Shown: positions 43,601-61,600 of the stretch, in pieces
How the letters are laid out: every line of letters begins with the position of its first letter
How positions within the stretch are numbered: the first letter of the stretch is position 1
NCBI GenBank assembly: GCA_964016885.1
Contig: CAXHJY010000078.1
Span: forward strand, 1-64,000
Source: Eledone cirrhosa
Taxonomy: Eukaryota
DNA: 64,000 bases
Reading direction: 5' to 3'
The notes under the pieces: generated by a model
Database searches by the model: none
What the model was told of the DNA's origin: nothing
The model's input: only the letters and a program-made list of their open reading frames with translations
Position numbers and translations under genes: made by a program

Positions 43601-46600
43601 CACACCAACACCAACACACACCAACACCAACACACACCAATACCAACACACACCAATACCAACACACACCAACACCAACACACACCAACACCAACACACA
43701 CCAACACCAACACACACCAACACCAACACACACCAACACCAACAAACACCAACACCAACAAACACCAACAAACACCAACACACACCAACACCAACACACA
43801 CCAACACCAACACACACCAATACCAACACACACCAACACACACCAACACCAGCACACACCAACACCAACACGCACCAACAGCAACACACACCAACACCAA
43901 CACACACCCACACCAACACGCACCAACACCAACGCCCACCAACACACACCAACACCAACACACACCAACACCAACACACACCAACACCAACACACACCAA
44001 CACCAACACACACCAACACCAACACACACCAACACCAACACACACCAACACCAACACACACCAACAAACACCAACACCAACAAACACCAACAAACACCAA
44101 TACACACCAACACCAACACGCACCAACAGCAACACACACCAACACGCACCAACACCAACGCCCACCAACACCAACAAACACCAACACGCACAAACACCAA
44201 CACGCACAAACACCAACACACACCAACACCAACACACACCAACACCAACACACACCAACACCAACACACACCAACACCAACACACACCAACACCAACACA
44301 CACCAACACCAACACACACCAACACGCACCAACACCAACGCCCACCAACACCAACAAACACCAACACGCACAAACACCAACACACACCAACACCAACACC
44401 AACACCAAAAAACACCAACACCAAAAAACACCAACACCAACATACACCAACACCAACATACACCAACACACACCAACAAACACCAACACCAACAACACCA
44501 ACAAACACCAACACCAACAAACACCAACACCAACAAACACCAACACCAACAAACACCAACAAACACCAACAAACACAAACACACACCAACACACACCAAC
44601 ACACACCAACACACACCAGCACACACCAACACACACGAACAACAACAGCAACGCACACCAACACAAACGCACACCAACACCAACACAAACCAACACCAAC
44701 ACACACCAAATAACACCAACAAACACCAACACACACCAACACCAACACACACCAACACCAACACACACCAACACCAACACACACCAACACCAACACACAC
44801 GAACACCAACAAACACCAACACCAACAAACACCAACAAACACCAACATGCAGCAACACCAACACACACCAACACGCAGCAACACACACCAACACCAACAA
44901 ACACCAACACCAACAAACACCAACACCAACAAACACCAACACACACCAACACCAACACCAACAAACACCAACACACACCAACACCAACACCAACACACAC
45001 CAACACACACCAACACACACACACACACACCAACACCAACAAACACCAACAAACACCAACACACACCAACACACACCAACACACACCAACACCAACAAAC
45101 ACCAGCACCAACACATGCCAACACCAACACACACCAACACCAACACCAACAACACCAACAAACACTAACACCAACAAACACTAACACCAAACACCAACAC
45201 ACACTAACACCAACAAACACCAACACACACCAACACCAACCAACACCATCACACACCAACACCATCACACACCAACACCAACACACACCAACACCAACAA
45301 ACACCAACACCAGCAAACACCAACACAAACACACACCAACACCAACACACACCAACACCAACACACACCAACACCAACACACACCAACACCAACAAACAC
45401 CAACACCATCACACACCAACACCAACATACACCAACACCAACACACACCAACACACACCAACACCAACACACACCAACACACACCAACACCAACACACAC
45501 CAACACCAACACACACCAACACCAACACACACCAACACCAACACACACCAACACCAACACACACCAACACCAAAAACACCAACACCAACCCACACCAACA
45601 CCAACCCACACCAACCCACACCAACCCACACCAACACACACCAACACCAACAAACACCAACACCAACACACACCAACACACACCAACACACACCAACAAA
45701 CACCAACACCAACAAACACCAACACCAACACACACCAACACCAACAAACACCAACACCAACAAACCCCAACACCAACAAACACCAACACCAACAGACACC
45801 AATACCAACTCACACCAACACACACCAACACCAACACACACCAACACCAACACACACCAACACACACCAACACCAACAAACACCAACACACACCAACACC
45901 AAAACACGCCAACATCAACACACACCAACACCAACAAACACCAACAAACACCAACACACACCAACAACAACAAACACCAACACCAACACACACCAACACA
46001 CACCAACCCTAAGAAACACCAACACACACCAACACCAACACACACCAACAAACACCAACACCAACACACACCAACACCAACACCAACAAACACCAACACC
46101 AACAAACACCAACAAACACCAACACCAACAAACACCAACACCAACAAACACCAACACCAACACACACGAACACCAACAAACACCAACACCAACACACACA
46201 AACACCAACACCAACAAACACCAACAAACACCAACACACACGAACACCAACACACACGAACACCAACACACACCAACACCAACATACACCAACACACACC
46301 AACACCAACAAACACCAACAACAACAAACACCAACACCAACACTCAACAACACCAACACACACCAACACCAACAAACACCAACACACACCAACACCAACA
46401 AACACCAACACACACCAACACACACCAACACCAACACACACCAACACCAACAAACACCAACACACACCTACACCAACAAACACCAACACCAACAAACACC
46501 AACACCAACAAACACCAACACCAACATACACCAACACACACCAACACCAACATACACCAACACCAACACACACCAACACACACCAACGCCAACAAACACC

Positions 46601-49600
46601 AACGCCAACAAACACCAACGCCAACAAACACCAACACCAACAAACACCAACACCAACAAACACCAACACCAACAAACACCAACACCAACAAACACCAACA
46701 CCAACAAACACCAACACCAACACCAACAAACACCAACACCAACACACACCAACACCAACACACACCAACACCAACAAACACCAACACCAACAAACACCAA
46801 CACCAACAAACACCAACACCAACAAAAACCAACACCAACATACACCAACACCAACATACACCAACACACACCAACACCAACAAATACCAACACTAACACA
46901 CACCAACACCAACACACACCAACACCAACACACACCAACACCAACACACACCAACACCAACACACACCAACACCAACACCAACAAACACCAACAAACACC
47001 AACAAACACCAACAAACACCAACACACACCAACACACACCAACACACACACACACACACACCAACACCAACAAACAGCAACACACACCAACACACACCAA
47101 CACACACCAACACCAACACACACCAACACCAACAAACACCAACACCAACAAACACCAACACCAACAAACACCAACACCAACAAACACCAACACACACCAA
47201 CACCATCACACACCAACACCATCACACACCAACACCATCACACACCAACACCATCACACACCAACACCAACACACACCAGCACCAACACATGCCAACACC
47301 AACACACACCAACACCAACACCAACAACACCAACAAACACTAACACCAACAAACACCAACACAAACACACACGCACACCAACACCAACAAACACCAACAC
47401 ACACGAACACCAACACACACGAACACCAACAAACACCAACACCAACATACACCAACACACACCAACACCAACACACACCAACACCAACAAACACCAACAA
47501 CAACAAACACCAACACACACCAACACCAACAAACACCAACACCAACAAACACCAACACCAACAAACACCAACACACACCAACACCAACAAACACCAACAC
47601 ACACCAACACACACCAACACCAACACACACCAACACCAACACACACCAACACCAACAAACACCAACACACACCAACACCAACAAACACCAACACACACCA
47701 ACACCAACAAACACCAACACACACCTACACCAACAAACACCAACACCAACAGACACCAACACCAACACCAACATACACCAACACACACCAACACCAACAC
47801 ACACCAACACCAACACACACCAACACCAATAAACACCAACACCAACAAACACCAACACCAACACCAACAAACACCAACACCAACAAACACCAACACCAAC
47901 ACACACCAACACCAACACACACCAACACACACCAACACACCAACACCAACACACACCAACACCAACACACACCAACACCAACACACACCAACACCAACAC
48001 ACACCAACATACACCAACACCAACATACACCAACACCAACATACACCAACACCAACATACACCAACACCAACATACACCAACAAACACCAACAAACACCA
48101 ACACCAACACACACCAACACCAACACACACCAACACCAACACACACCAACACCAACACACACCAACACCAACACACACCAACACCAACACACACCAACAC
48201 CAACAAACACCAACACCAACACCAACAAACACCAACACCAACAAACGCCAACAGACACCAACACCAAAACACGCCGACATCAATACACACCACCACCAAC
48301 AAACACCAACACACACCACCACCAACAAACACCAACACACACCAACACCAACAAACACCAACACACACCAACACACACCAACACCAACACCAACACACAC
48401 CAACACCAACACCAACACACACCAACACCAACACACACCAACACCAACATACAACAACACCAACACACACCAACACCAACATACACCAACACCAACACAC
48501 ACCAACACCAACACACACCAACACCAACAGCACCAACACCAACAGCACCAACACCAACACACACCAACACCAACACACACCAACACCAACACACACCAAC
48601 ACCAACCCACACCAACACCAACCCACACCAACACCAACAAACACCAACACCAACAAACACCAACACCAACAAACACCAACACCAACAAACACCAACACCA
48701 ACAAACACCAACACCAACACACACCAACACCAACAAACACCAACACCAACAAACACCAACACACACCAACACCAACAAACACCAACACCAACAAACACCA
48801 ACACCAACACACACCAACACCAACCCACACCAACACCAACCCACACCAACACACACCAACACCAACAAACACCAACACCAACACACACCAACACACACCA
48901 ACACCAACACACACCAACACACACCAACACCAACATACACCAACACCAACAAACACCAACACACACCAACACCAACACCAACCCACACCAACACACACCA
49001 ACACCAACCCACACCAACACACACCAACACCAACAAACACCAACACCAACACACACCAACACCAACATACACCAACACCAACATACACCAACACCAACAA
49101 ACACCAACACACACCAACACCAACACACACCAACACCAACACACACCAACACCAACCCACACCAACACACACCAACACCAACACACACCAACACCAACCC
49201 ACACCAACACACACCAACACCAACAAACACCAACACCAACACACACCAACACCAACAAACACCAACACACACCAACACCAACACACACCAACACCAACAC
49301 ACACCAACACCAACCCACACCAACACACACCAACACCAACAAACACCAACACCAACACACACCAACACCAACAAACACCAACACACACCAACACCAACAA
49401 ACACCAACACACAGCAACACCAACACACACCAACACCAACACACACCAACACCAACCCACACCAACACACACCAACACCAACAAACACCAACACCAACAC
49501 ACACCAACACACACCAACACCAACACACACCAACTCCAACAAACACCAACCAACACCAACACCAACAAACACCAACACGCACCAACACCAACACGCACCA

Positions 49601-52600
49601 ACACCAACACGCACCAACACCAACACACACCAACACCAACACACACCAACACCAACACACACCAACACCAACACACACCAACACCAACACACACCAACAC
49701 CAACACGCACCAACACCAACACGCACCAACACCAACACGCACCAACACCAACACACACCAACACACACCAACACGCACCAACACCAACACGCACCAACAC
49801 CAACACGCACCAACACCAACACGCACCAACACCAACACGCACCAACACCAACACGCACCAACACCAACACACACCAACACACACCAACACCAACACACAC
49901 CAACACCAACACACACCAACACCAACACACACCAACACCAACCAACACCAACACCAACCAACACCAACACCAACCAACACCAACAAACACCAACACCAAC
50001 AAACACCAACACCAACAAACACCAACACCAACACCAACAAACACCAACAAACACCAACAAACACCAACAAACACCAACACACACCAACAAACACCAACAC
50101 ACACCAACAAACACCAACACACACCAACACCAACACACACCAACACCAACACACACCAATACCAACACACACCAACACACACCAACACCAGCACACACCA
50201 ACACCAACACGCACCAACAGCAACACACACCAACACCAACACACACCCACACCAACACGCACCAACACCAACGCCCACCAACACCAACAAACACCAACAC
50301 ACACCAACACCAACACACACCAACACCAACACACACCAACACCAACACACACCAATACCAACACACACCAATACCAACACACACCAACACCAACACACAC
50401 CAACACCAACACACACCAACACCAACACACACCAACACCAACACACACCAACACCAACAAACACCAACACCAACAAACACCAACAAACACCAACACCAAC
50501 AAACACCAACAAACACCAACACACACCAACACCAACACACACCAACACCAACACACACCAATACCAACACACACCAACACACACCAACACCAGCACACAC
50601 CAACACCAACACGCACCAACAGCAACACACACCAACACCAACACACACCCACACCAACACGCACCAACACCAACGCCCACCAACACACACCAACACCAAC
50701 ACACACCAACACCAACACACACCAACACCAACACACACCAACACCAACACACACCAACAAACACCAACACCAACAAACACCAACAAACACCAATACACAC
50801 CAACACCAACACGCACCAACAGCAACACACACCAACACGCACCAACACCAACGCCCACCAACACCAACAAACACCAACACGCACAAACACCAACACGCAC
50901 AAACACCAACACACACCAACACCAACACACACCAACACCAACACACACCAACACCAACACACACCAACACCAGCACACACAAACACCAACATGCACAAAC
51001 ACCAACACACACCAACACCAACACACACCAACACCAACACACACCAACACGCACCAACACCAACGCCCACCAACACCAACGCCCACCAACACCAACAAAC
51101 ACCAACACCAACAAACACCAACACGCACAAACACCAACACGCACAAACACCAACACACACCAACACACACCAACACCAACACGCACCAACACCAACACAC
51201 ACCAACACCAACACACACCAACACCAACACACACCAACACCAACACACACCAACACGCACCAACACCAACGCCCACCAACACCAACAAACACCAACACGC
51301 ACAAACACCAACACACACCAACACCAACACCAACACCAAAAAACACCAACACCAACATACACCAACACCAACATACACCAACACACACCAACAAACACCA
51401 ACACCAACAACACCAACAAACACCAACACCAACAAACACCAACACCAACAAACACCAACACCAACAAACACCAACAAACACCAACAAACACAAACACACA
51501 CCAACACACACCAACACACACCAACACACACCAGCACACACCAACACACACGAATAACAACAGCAACGCACACCAACACAAACGCACACCAACACCAACA
51601 CAAACCAACACCAACACACACCAAATAACACCAACAAACACCAACACACACCAACACCAACACACACCAACACCAACACACACCAACACCAACACACACC
51701 AACACCAACACACACGAACACCAACAAACACCAACACCAACAAACACCAACAAACACCAACATGCAGCAACACCAACACACACCAACACGCAGCAACACA
51801 CACCAACACCAACAAACACCAACACCAACAAACACCAACACCAACAAACACCAACACACACCAACACCAACACCAACAAACACCAACACACACCAACACC
51901 AACACCAACACACACCAACACACACCAACACACACACACACACACCAACACCAACAAACACCAACACACACCAACACACACCAACACACACCAACACACA
52001 CCAACACCAACAAACACCAGCACCAACACATGCCAACACCAACACACACCAACACCAACACCAACAACACCAACAAACACTAACACCAACAAACACTAAC
52101 ACCAAACACCAACACACACTAACACCAACAAACACCAACACACACCAACACCAACCAACACCATCACACACCAACACCATCACACACCAACACCAACACA
52201 CACCAACACCAACAAACACCAACACCAGCAAACACCAACACAAACACACACCAACACCAACACACACCAACACCAACACACACCAACACCAACACACACC
52301 AACACCAACAAACACCAACACCATCACACACCAACACCAACATACACCAACACCAACACACACCAACACACACCAACACACACCAACACACACCAACACC
52401 AACACACACCAACACCAACACACACCAACACCAACACACACCAACACCAACACACACCAACACCAACACACACCAACACCAAAAACACCAACACCAACCC
52501 ACACCAACACACACCAACACCAACCCACACCAACCCACACCAACACACACCAACACCAACAAACACCAACACCAACACACACCAACACACACCAACACAC

Positions 52601-55600
52601 ACCAACAAACACCAACACCAACAAACACCAACACCAACACACACCAACACCAACAAACACCAACACCAACAAACCCCAACACCAACAAACACCAACACCA
52701 ACAAACACCAACACCAACAGACACCAATACCAACTCACACCAACACACACCAACACCAACACACACCAACACAAACACACACCAACACACACCAACACCA
52801 ACAAACACCAACACACACCAACACCAAAACACGCCAACATCAACACACACCAACACCAACAAACACCAACAAACACCAACACACACCAACAACAACAAAC
52901 ACCAACACCAACACACACCAACACACACCAACCCTAAGAAACACCAACACACACCAACACCAACACACACCAACAAACACCAACACCAACACACACCAAC
53001 ACCAACACCAACAAACACCAACACCAACAAACACCAACAAACACCAACACCAACAAACACCAACACCAACAAACACCAACACCAACACACACGAACACCA
53101 ACAAACACCAACACCAACACACACAAACACCAACACCAACAAACACCAACAAACACCAACACACACGAACACCAACACACACGAACACCAACACACACCA
53201 ACACCAACATACACCAACACACACCAACACCAACAAACACCAACAACAACAAACACCAACACCAACACTCAACAACACCAACACACACCAACACCAACAA
53301 ACACCAACACACACCAACACCAACAAACACCAACACACACCAACACACACCAACACCAACACACACCAACACCAACAAACACCAACACACACCTACACCA
53401 ACAAACACCAACACCAACAAACACCAACACCAACAAACACCAACACCAACATACACCAACACACACCAACACCAACATACACCAACACCAACACACACCA
53501 ACACACACCAACGCCAACAAACACCAACGCCAACAAACACCAACGCCAACAAACACCAACGCCAACAAACACCAACACCAACAAACACCAACACCAACAA
53601 ACACCAACACCAACAAACACCAACACCAACAAACACCAACACCAACACCAACAAACACCAACACCAACACACACCAACACCAACACACACCAACACCAAC
53701 ACACACCAACACCAACAAACACCAACACCAACAAACACCAACACCAACAAACACCAACACCAACAAACACCAACACCAACAAAAACCAACACCAACATAC
53801 ACCAACACCAACATACACCAACACACACCAACACCAACAAATACCAACACTAACACACACCAACACCAACACACACCAACACCAACACACACCAACACCA
53901 ACACACACCAACACCAACACACACCAACACCAACACCAACAAACACCAACAAACACCAACAAACACCAACAAACACCAACACACACCAACACACACCAAC
54001 ACACACACACACACACACCAACACCAACAAACAGCAACACACACCAACACACACCAACACACACCAACACCAACAAACACCAACACCAACAAACACCAAC
54101 ACCAACAAACACCAACACCAACAAACACCAACACACACCAACACCATCACACACCAACACCATCACACACCAACACCATCACACACCAACACCATCACAC
54201 ACCAACACCAACACACACCAGCACCAACACATGCCAACACCAACACACACCAACACCAACACCAACAACACCAACAAACACTAACACCAACAAACACCAA
54301 CACAAACACACACGCACACCAACACCAACAAACACCAACACACACGAACACCAACACACACGAACACCAACAAACACCAACACCAACATACACCAACACA
54401 CACCAACACCAACACACACCAACACCAACAAACACCAACAACAACAAACACCAACAAACACCAACACCAACAAACACCAACACCAACAAACACCAACACA
54501 CACCAACACCAACAAACACCAACACACACCAACACACACCAACACCAACACACACCAACACCAACACACACCAACACCAACACACACCAACACCAACAAA
54601 CACCAACACACACCAACACCAACAAACACCAACACACACCAACACCAACAAACACCAACACACACCTACACCAACAAACACCAACACCAACAGACACCAA
54701 CACCAACACCAACATACACCAACACACACCAACACCAACACACACCAACACCAACACACACCAACACCAATAAACACCAACACCAACAAACACCAACACC
54801 AACACCAACAAACACCAACACCAACAAACACCAACACCAACACACACCAACACCAACACACACCAACACACACCAACACACCAACACCAACACACACCAA
54901 CACCAACACACACCAACACCAACACACACCAACACCAACACACACCAACATACACCAACACCAACATACACCAACACCAACATACACCAACACCAACATA
55001 CACCAACAAACACCAACACCAACAAACACCAATACCAACACACACCAACACCAACAAACACCAATACCAACACACACCAACACCAACACACACCAACACC
55101 AACACACACCAACACCAACACACACCAACACCAACACCAACAAACACCAACACCAACACCAACAAACACCAACACCAACAAACGCCAACAGACACCAACA
55201 CCAAAACACGCCGACATCAATACACACCACCACCAACAAACACCAACACACACCACCACCAACAAACACCAACACACACCAACACCAACAAACACCAACA
55301 CACACCAACACACACCAACACCAACACCAACACACACCAACACCAACACCAACACACACCAACACCAACACACACCAACACCAACATACAACAACACCAA
55401 CACACACCAACACCAACATACACCAACACCAACACACACCAACACCAACACACACCAACACCAACACACACCAACACCAACAGCACCAACACCAACAGCA
55501 CCAACACCAACACACACCAACACCAACACACACCAACACCAACACACACCAACACCAACCCACACCAACACCAACCCACACCAACACCAACAAACACCAA

Positions 55601-58600
55601 CACCAACAAACACCAACACCAACAAACACCAACACCAACAAACACCAACACCAACACACACCAACACCAACAAACACCAACACCAACAAACACCAACACA
55701 CACCAACACCAACAAACACCAACACCAACAAACACCAACACCAACACACACCAACACCAACCCACACCAACACACACCAACACCAACAAACACCAACACC
55801 AACACACACCAACACACACCAACACCAACACACACCAACACCAACACACACCAACACCAACATACACCAACACCAACAAACACCAACACACACCAACACC
55901 AACACCAACCCACACCAACACACACCAACACCAACCCACACCAACACACACCAACACCAACAAACACCAACACCAACACACACCAACACCAACTTACACC
56001 AACACCAACATACACCAACAAACACCAACACACACCAACACCAACACACACCAACACCAACACACACCAACACCAACCCACACCAACACACACCAACACC
56101 AACACACACCAACACCAACCCACACCAACACACACCAACACCAACAAACACCAACACCAACACACACCAACACCAACAAACACCAACACACACCAACACC
56201 AACACACACCAACACCAACACACACCAACACCAACCCACACCAACACACACCAACACCAACAAACACCAACACCAACACACACCAACACCAACAAACACC
56301 AACACACACCAACACCAACAAACACCAACACACACCAACACCAACACACACCAACACCAACACACACCAACACCAACCCACACCAACACACACCAACACC
56401 AACAAACACCAACACCAACACACACCAACACACACCAACACCAACACACACCAACTCCAACAAACACCAACAAACACCAACACCAACACACACCAACACC
56501 AACACACGCCAACACACACCAACACCAACATACACCAACACCAACACACACCAACACACACCAACACCAACACACACCAACACCAACAAACACCAACAAA
56601 CACCAATACCAACACCAACACACGCCAACACACACCAACACCAACATACACCAACACCAACATACACCAACACCAACAAACACCAACACCAACACACACC
56701 AACACCAACACACACCAACACCAACACACACCAACACCAACACACACCAACACCAACACACACCAACACCAACACACACCAACACACACCAACACCAACA
56801 CACACCAACACACACCAACACCAACACACACCAACACACACCAACACCAACACACACCAACACCAACACACACCAACACACACCAACACACACCAACACC
56901 AACACACACCAACACCAACACACACCAACACACACCAACACCAACACCAACACACACCAACACCAACACACACCAACACCAACACACACCAACACCAACA
57001 CACACCAACACCAACACACACCAACACCAACACACACCAACACCAACACACACCAACACACACCAACACCAACACACACCAACACCAACAAACACCAACA
57101 CACGCCAACACCAACAAACACCAACACACACCAACACCAACACACACCAACACCACCAACACCTACACACGCCAACACCAACAAACACCAACACACACCA
57201 ACACCAACATACACCAACACCAAGAAACACCAACACCAAGAAACACCAACACCAACACACACCAACACCAACACACACCAACACCAACACACACCAACAC
57301 CAACACACACCAACACCAACACACACCAACACCAACACACACCAACACCAACACACACCAACACCAACAAACACCAACACCAACAAACACCAACACCAAG
57401 AAACACCAACACCAAGAAACACCAACACCAACATACACCAACACCAACACACACCAACACCAACACACGCCAACACACACCAACACCAACACACACCAAC
57501 ACCAACACACGCCAACACCAACACCCGCCAACACCAACACACACCAACACCAACAAACACCAACACCAACAAACACCAACACACACCAACACCAACACAC
57601 ACCAACACCAACAAACACCAACACCAACACACACCAACACCAACACACACCAACACCAACAAACACCAACACACACCAACACCAACACACACCAACAACA
57701 ACAAACACCAACACACACCAACACCAACAAACACCAACACACACCAACACAAACACACACCATCACCACCAACGCCAACACACAACAACACCAACAAACA
57801 CCAACAAACACCAACACACACCAACAAACACCAACACCAACAAACACCATCACCAACAAACACCAACACACACCAACATACACCAACACACACCAACACA
57901 CGCCAACACCAACAAACACCAACACCAACAAACACCAACACCAACAAACACCAACACCAACACACACCAACACCAACACACACAAACACCAACACACACA
58001 AACACCAACACACACAAACACCAACACACACAAACACCAACACACACAAACACCAACACACACAAACACCAACACACACAAACACCAACACACACAAACA
58101 CCAACACACACCAACACCAACACACACCAACACCAACACACACCAACACCAACACACACCAACACCAACACACACCAACACCAACACACACCAACACCAA
58201 CACCAACACCAACACACACCAACACCAACAAACACCAACACACACCAAAACCAACACACACCAACACAGACCAACACCAACACACACCAACACCAACAAA
58301 CACCAACACCAACAAACACCAACACCAACAAACACCAACACCAACAAACACCAACACCAACAAACACCAACACCAACAAACACCAACACCAACAAACACC
58401 AACACACACCATCACCAACACACACCATCACCAACACACACCAACACCAACACACACCAACATACATCAACACCAACACACACCAACACACACCAACACC
58501 AACACACACCAACACCAACACACACCAACACCAACAAACACCAACACCAACCAACACCAACAAACACCAACAAACACCAACACACACCAACACCAACACA

Positions 58601-61600
58601 CACCAACACCAACATACTTCAACACACACCAACACCAACACACACCAACACCAACATACTTCAACACACACCAACACCAACACACACCAACACCAACAAA
58701 CACCAACAAACAGCAACACCAACAAACACCAACACCAAGAAACACCAACACCAACACCAACAAACACCAACACCAACACACACCAAGAAACACTAACACA
58801 CACCAACACAAACACCAACACACACCAACACACACCAACACACACCAACACACACCAACAAACACCAACACCAACACACACCAACACCAACACACACCAA
58901 CACCAACAAACGCCAACACCAACACACACCAACACCAACACACACCAACACACAACAACACCAACACACACCAACACACAACAACACCAACACACACCAA
59001 CACCAACACACACCAACACCAACACACACCAACACCAACAAACACCAACACCAACACACACCAACACCAACACACACCAACACACACCAACACCAACACA
59101 CACCAACACACACCAACACCAACACACACCAACACCAACACACACCAACACCCAACAAACACCAACAAACACCAACAAACACCAACACCCAACAAACACC
59201 AACACCAAGAAACACCAAGAAACACCAACACCAACACCAACAAACACCAACACCAACACACACCAAGAAACACTAACACACACCAACACAAACACCAACA
59301 CACACCAACACCAACACACACCAACACACACCAACAAACACCAACACCAACACACACCAACACCAACAAACACCAACACCAACACACACCAATACCAACA
59401 CACACCAATACCAACACACACCAACAAACACCAACACCAACAAACACCTACACCAACACACACCAACACGAACAACACACACCAACACCAACACACACTA
59501 ACACCAACACACCAACACCAACACACACCAACACACAACAAACACCAACACACACCAACACCAACACACACCAACACCAACACACACCAACACCAACACA
59601 CACCAACACCAACAAACACCAACACCAACACACACCAACACCAACACACACCAACACCAACACACACCAACACCAACACACACCAACACCAACACACACT
59701 AACACCAACACACACCAACACCAACACACACCAACACCAACACACACCAACACCAACACACACCAACACCAACACACACCAACACCAACACACACCAACA
59801 CCAACACACACCAACACCAACACACACCAACACCAACACACACCAACACCAACACACACCAACACCAACACACACCAACACCAACACACACCAACACCAA
59901 CACACACCAACACCAACACACACCAACACCAACACACACCAACACCAACACACACCAACACCAACACACACCAACACCAACACACACCAACACACACCAA
60001 CACCAACAAATACCAACACCAACACACACCAACACCAACACACACCAACAACAACAAACACCAACATCAACACACACCAACACCAACACACACCAACACA
60101 CACCAACACACACGAACACCAACAAACACCAACACCAACAAACACCAACACCAACACATACCAACACCAACAAACACCAACACCAACAAACACCAACAAA
60201 CACCAACACCAACAAACACCAACAAACACCAACAAACACCAACAAACACCAACACACACCAACACCAACACACACCAACACCAACACACACCAACACCAA
60301 CACACACCAACACCAACACACACCAACACACAACAACACCAACAAACACCAACACCAACAAACACCAACACACACCTACACCAACACACGCCAACACCAA
60401 CACATGCCAACACCAACACATGCCAACACCAACATACACCAACACACTCCAACACCAACACACTCCAACACCAACACACACCAACACCAACAAACACCAA
60501 CACCAACAAACACCAACACCAACAAACACCAACACCAACAAACACCAACACCAACAAACACCGACACCAACAAACACCAACACACACCAACACCAACTCA
60601 CACCAACACACACCAACACCAACAAACACCAACACCAACACACACCAACACACACCAACACACACCAACACCAACACACACCAATACCAACACACACCAA
60701 CAAACACCAACAAACACCTACACCAACACCAAGACACACCAACACCAACACACACCAACACCAACACACACCAACACACACCAACACACACCAACACCAA
60801 CACACACGAACACCAACACACACGAACACCAACACACACGAACACCAACAAACACCAACACCAACAAACACCAACAAACACCAACACCAACCAACACCAA
60901 CAAACACCAACACCAACAAACACCAACACCAACCAACACCAACAAACACCAACAAACACCAACACCAACAAACACCAACACCAACAAACACCAACACCAA
61001 CAAACACCAACACCAACACACACAAACACCAACACACACAAACACCAACACACACAAACACCAACACACACAAACACCAACACACACAAACACCAACACA
61101 CACCAACACCAACACACACAAACACCAACACACACCAACACCAACACACACCAACACCAACACACACCAACACCAACACACACCAACACCAACACACACC
61201 AACACCAACACACACCAACACCAACACACACCAACACACACAAACACCAACACACACCAACACCAACACACACCAACACCAACACACACCAACACCAACA
61301 TACACCAACACCAACACACACCAACACACACCAACACCAACACACACCAACACCAACACACACCAACACCAACACACACCAACACCAACACACACCAACA
61401 CCAACACACACCAACACCAACACACACCAACACACACCAACACCAACACACACCAACACCAACAAACACCAACACCAACAAACACCAACACCAACAAACA
61501 CCAACACCAACAAACACCAACACACACCAACACACACCAACACCAACACACACCAACACCAACACACACCAACACCAACATACTTCAACACCAACACACA

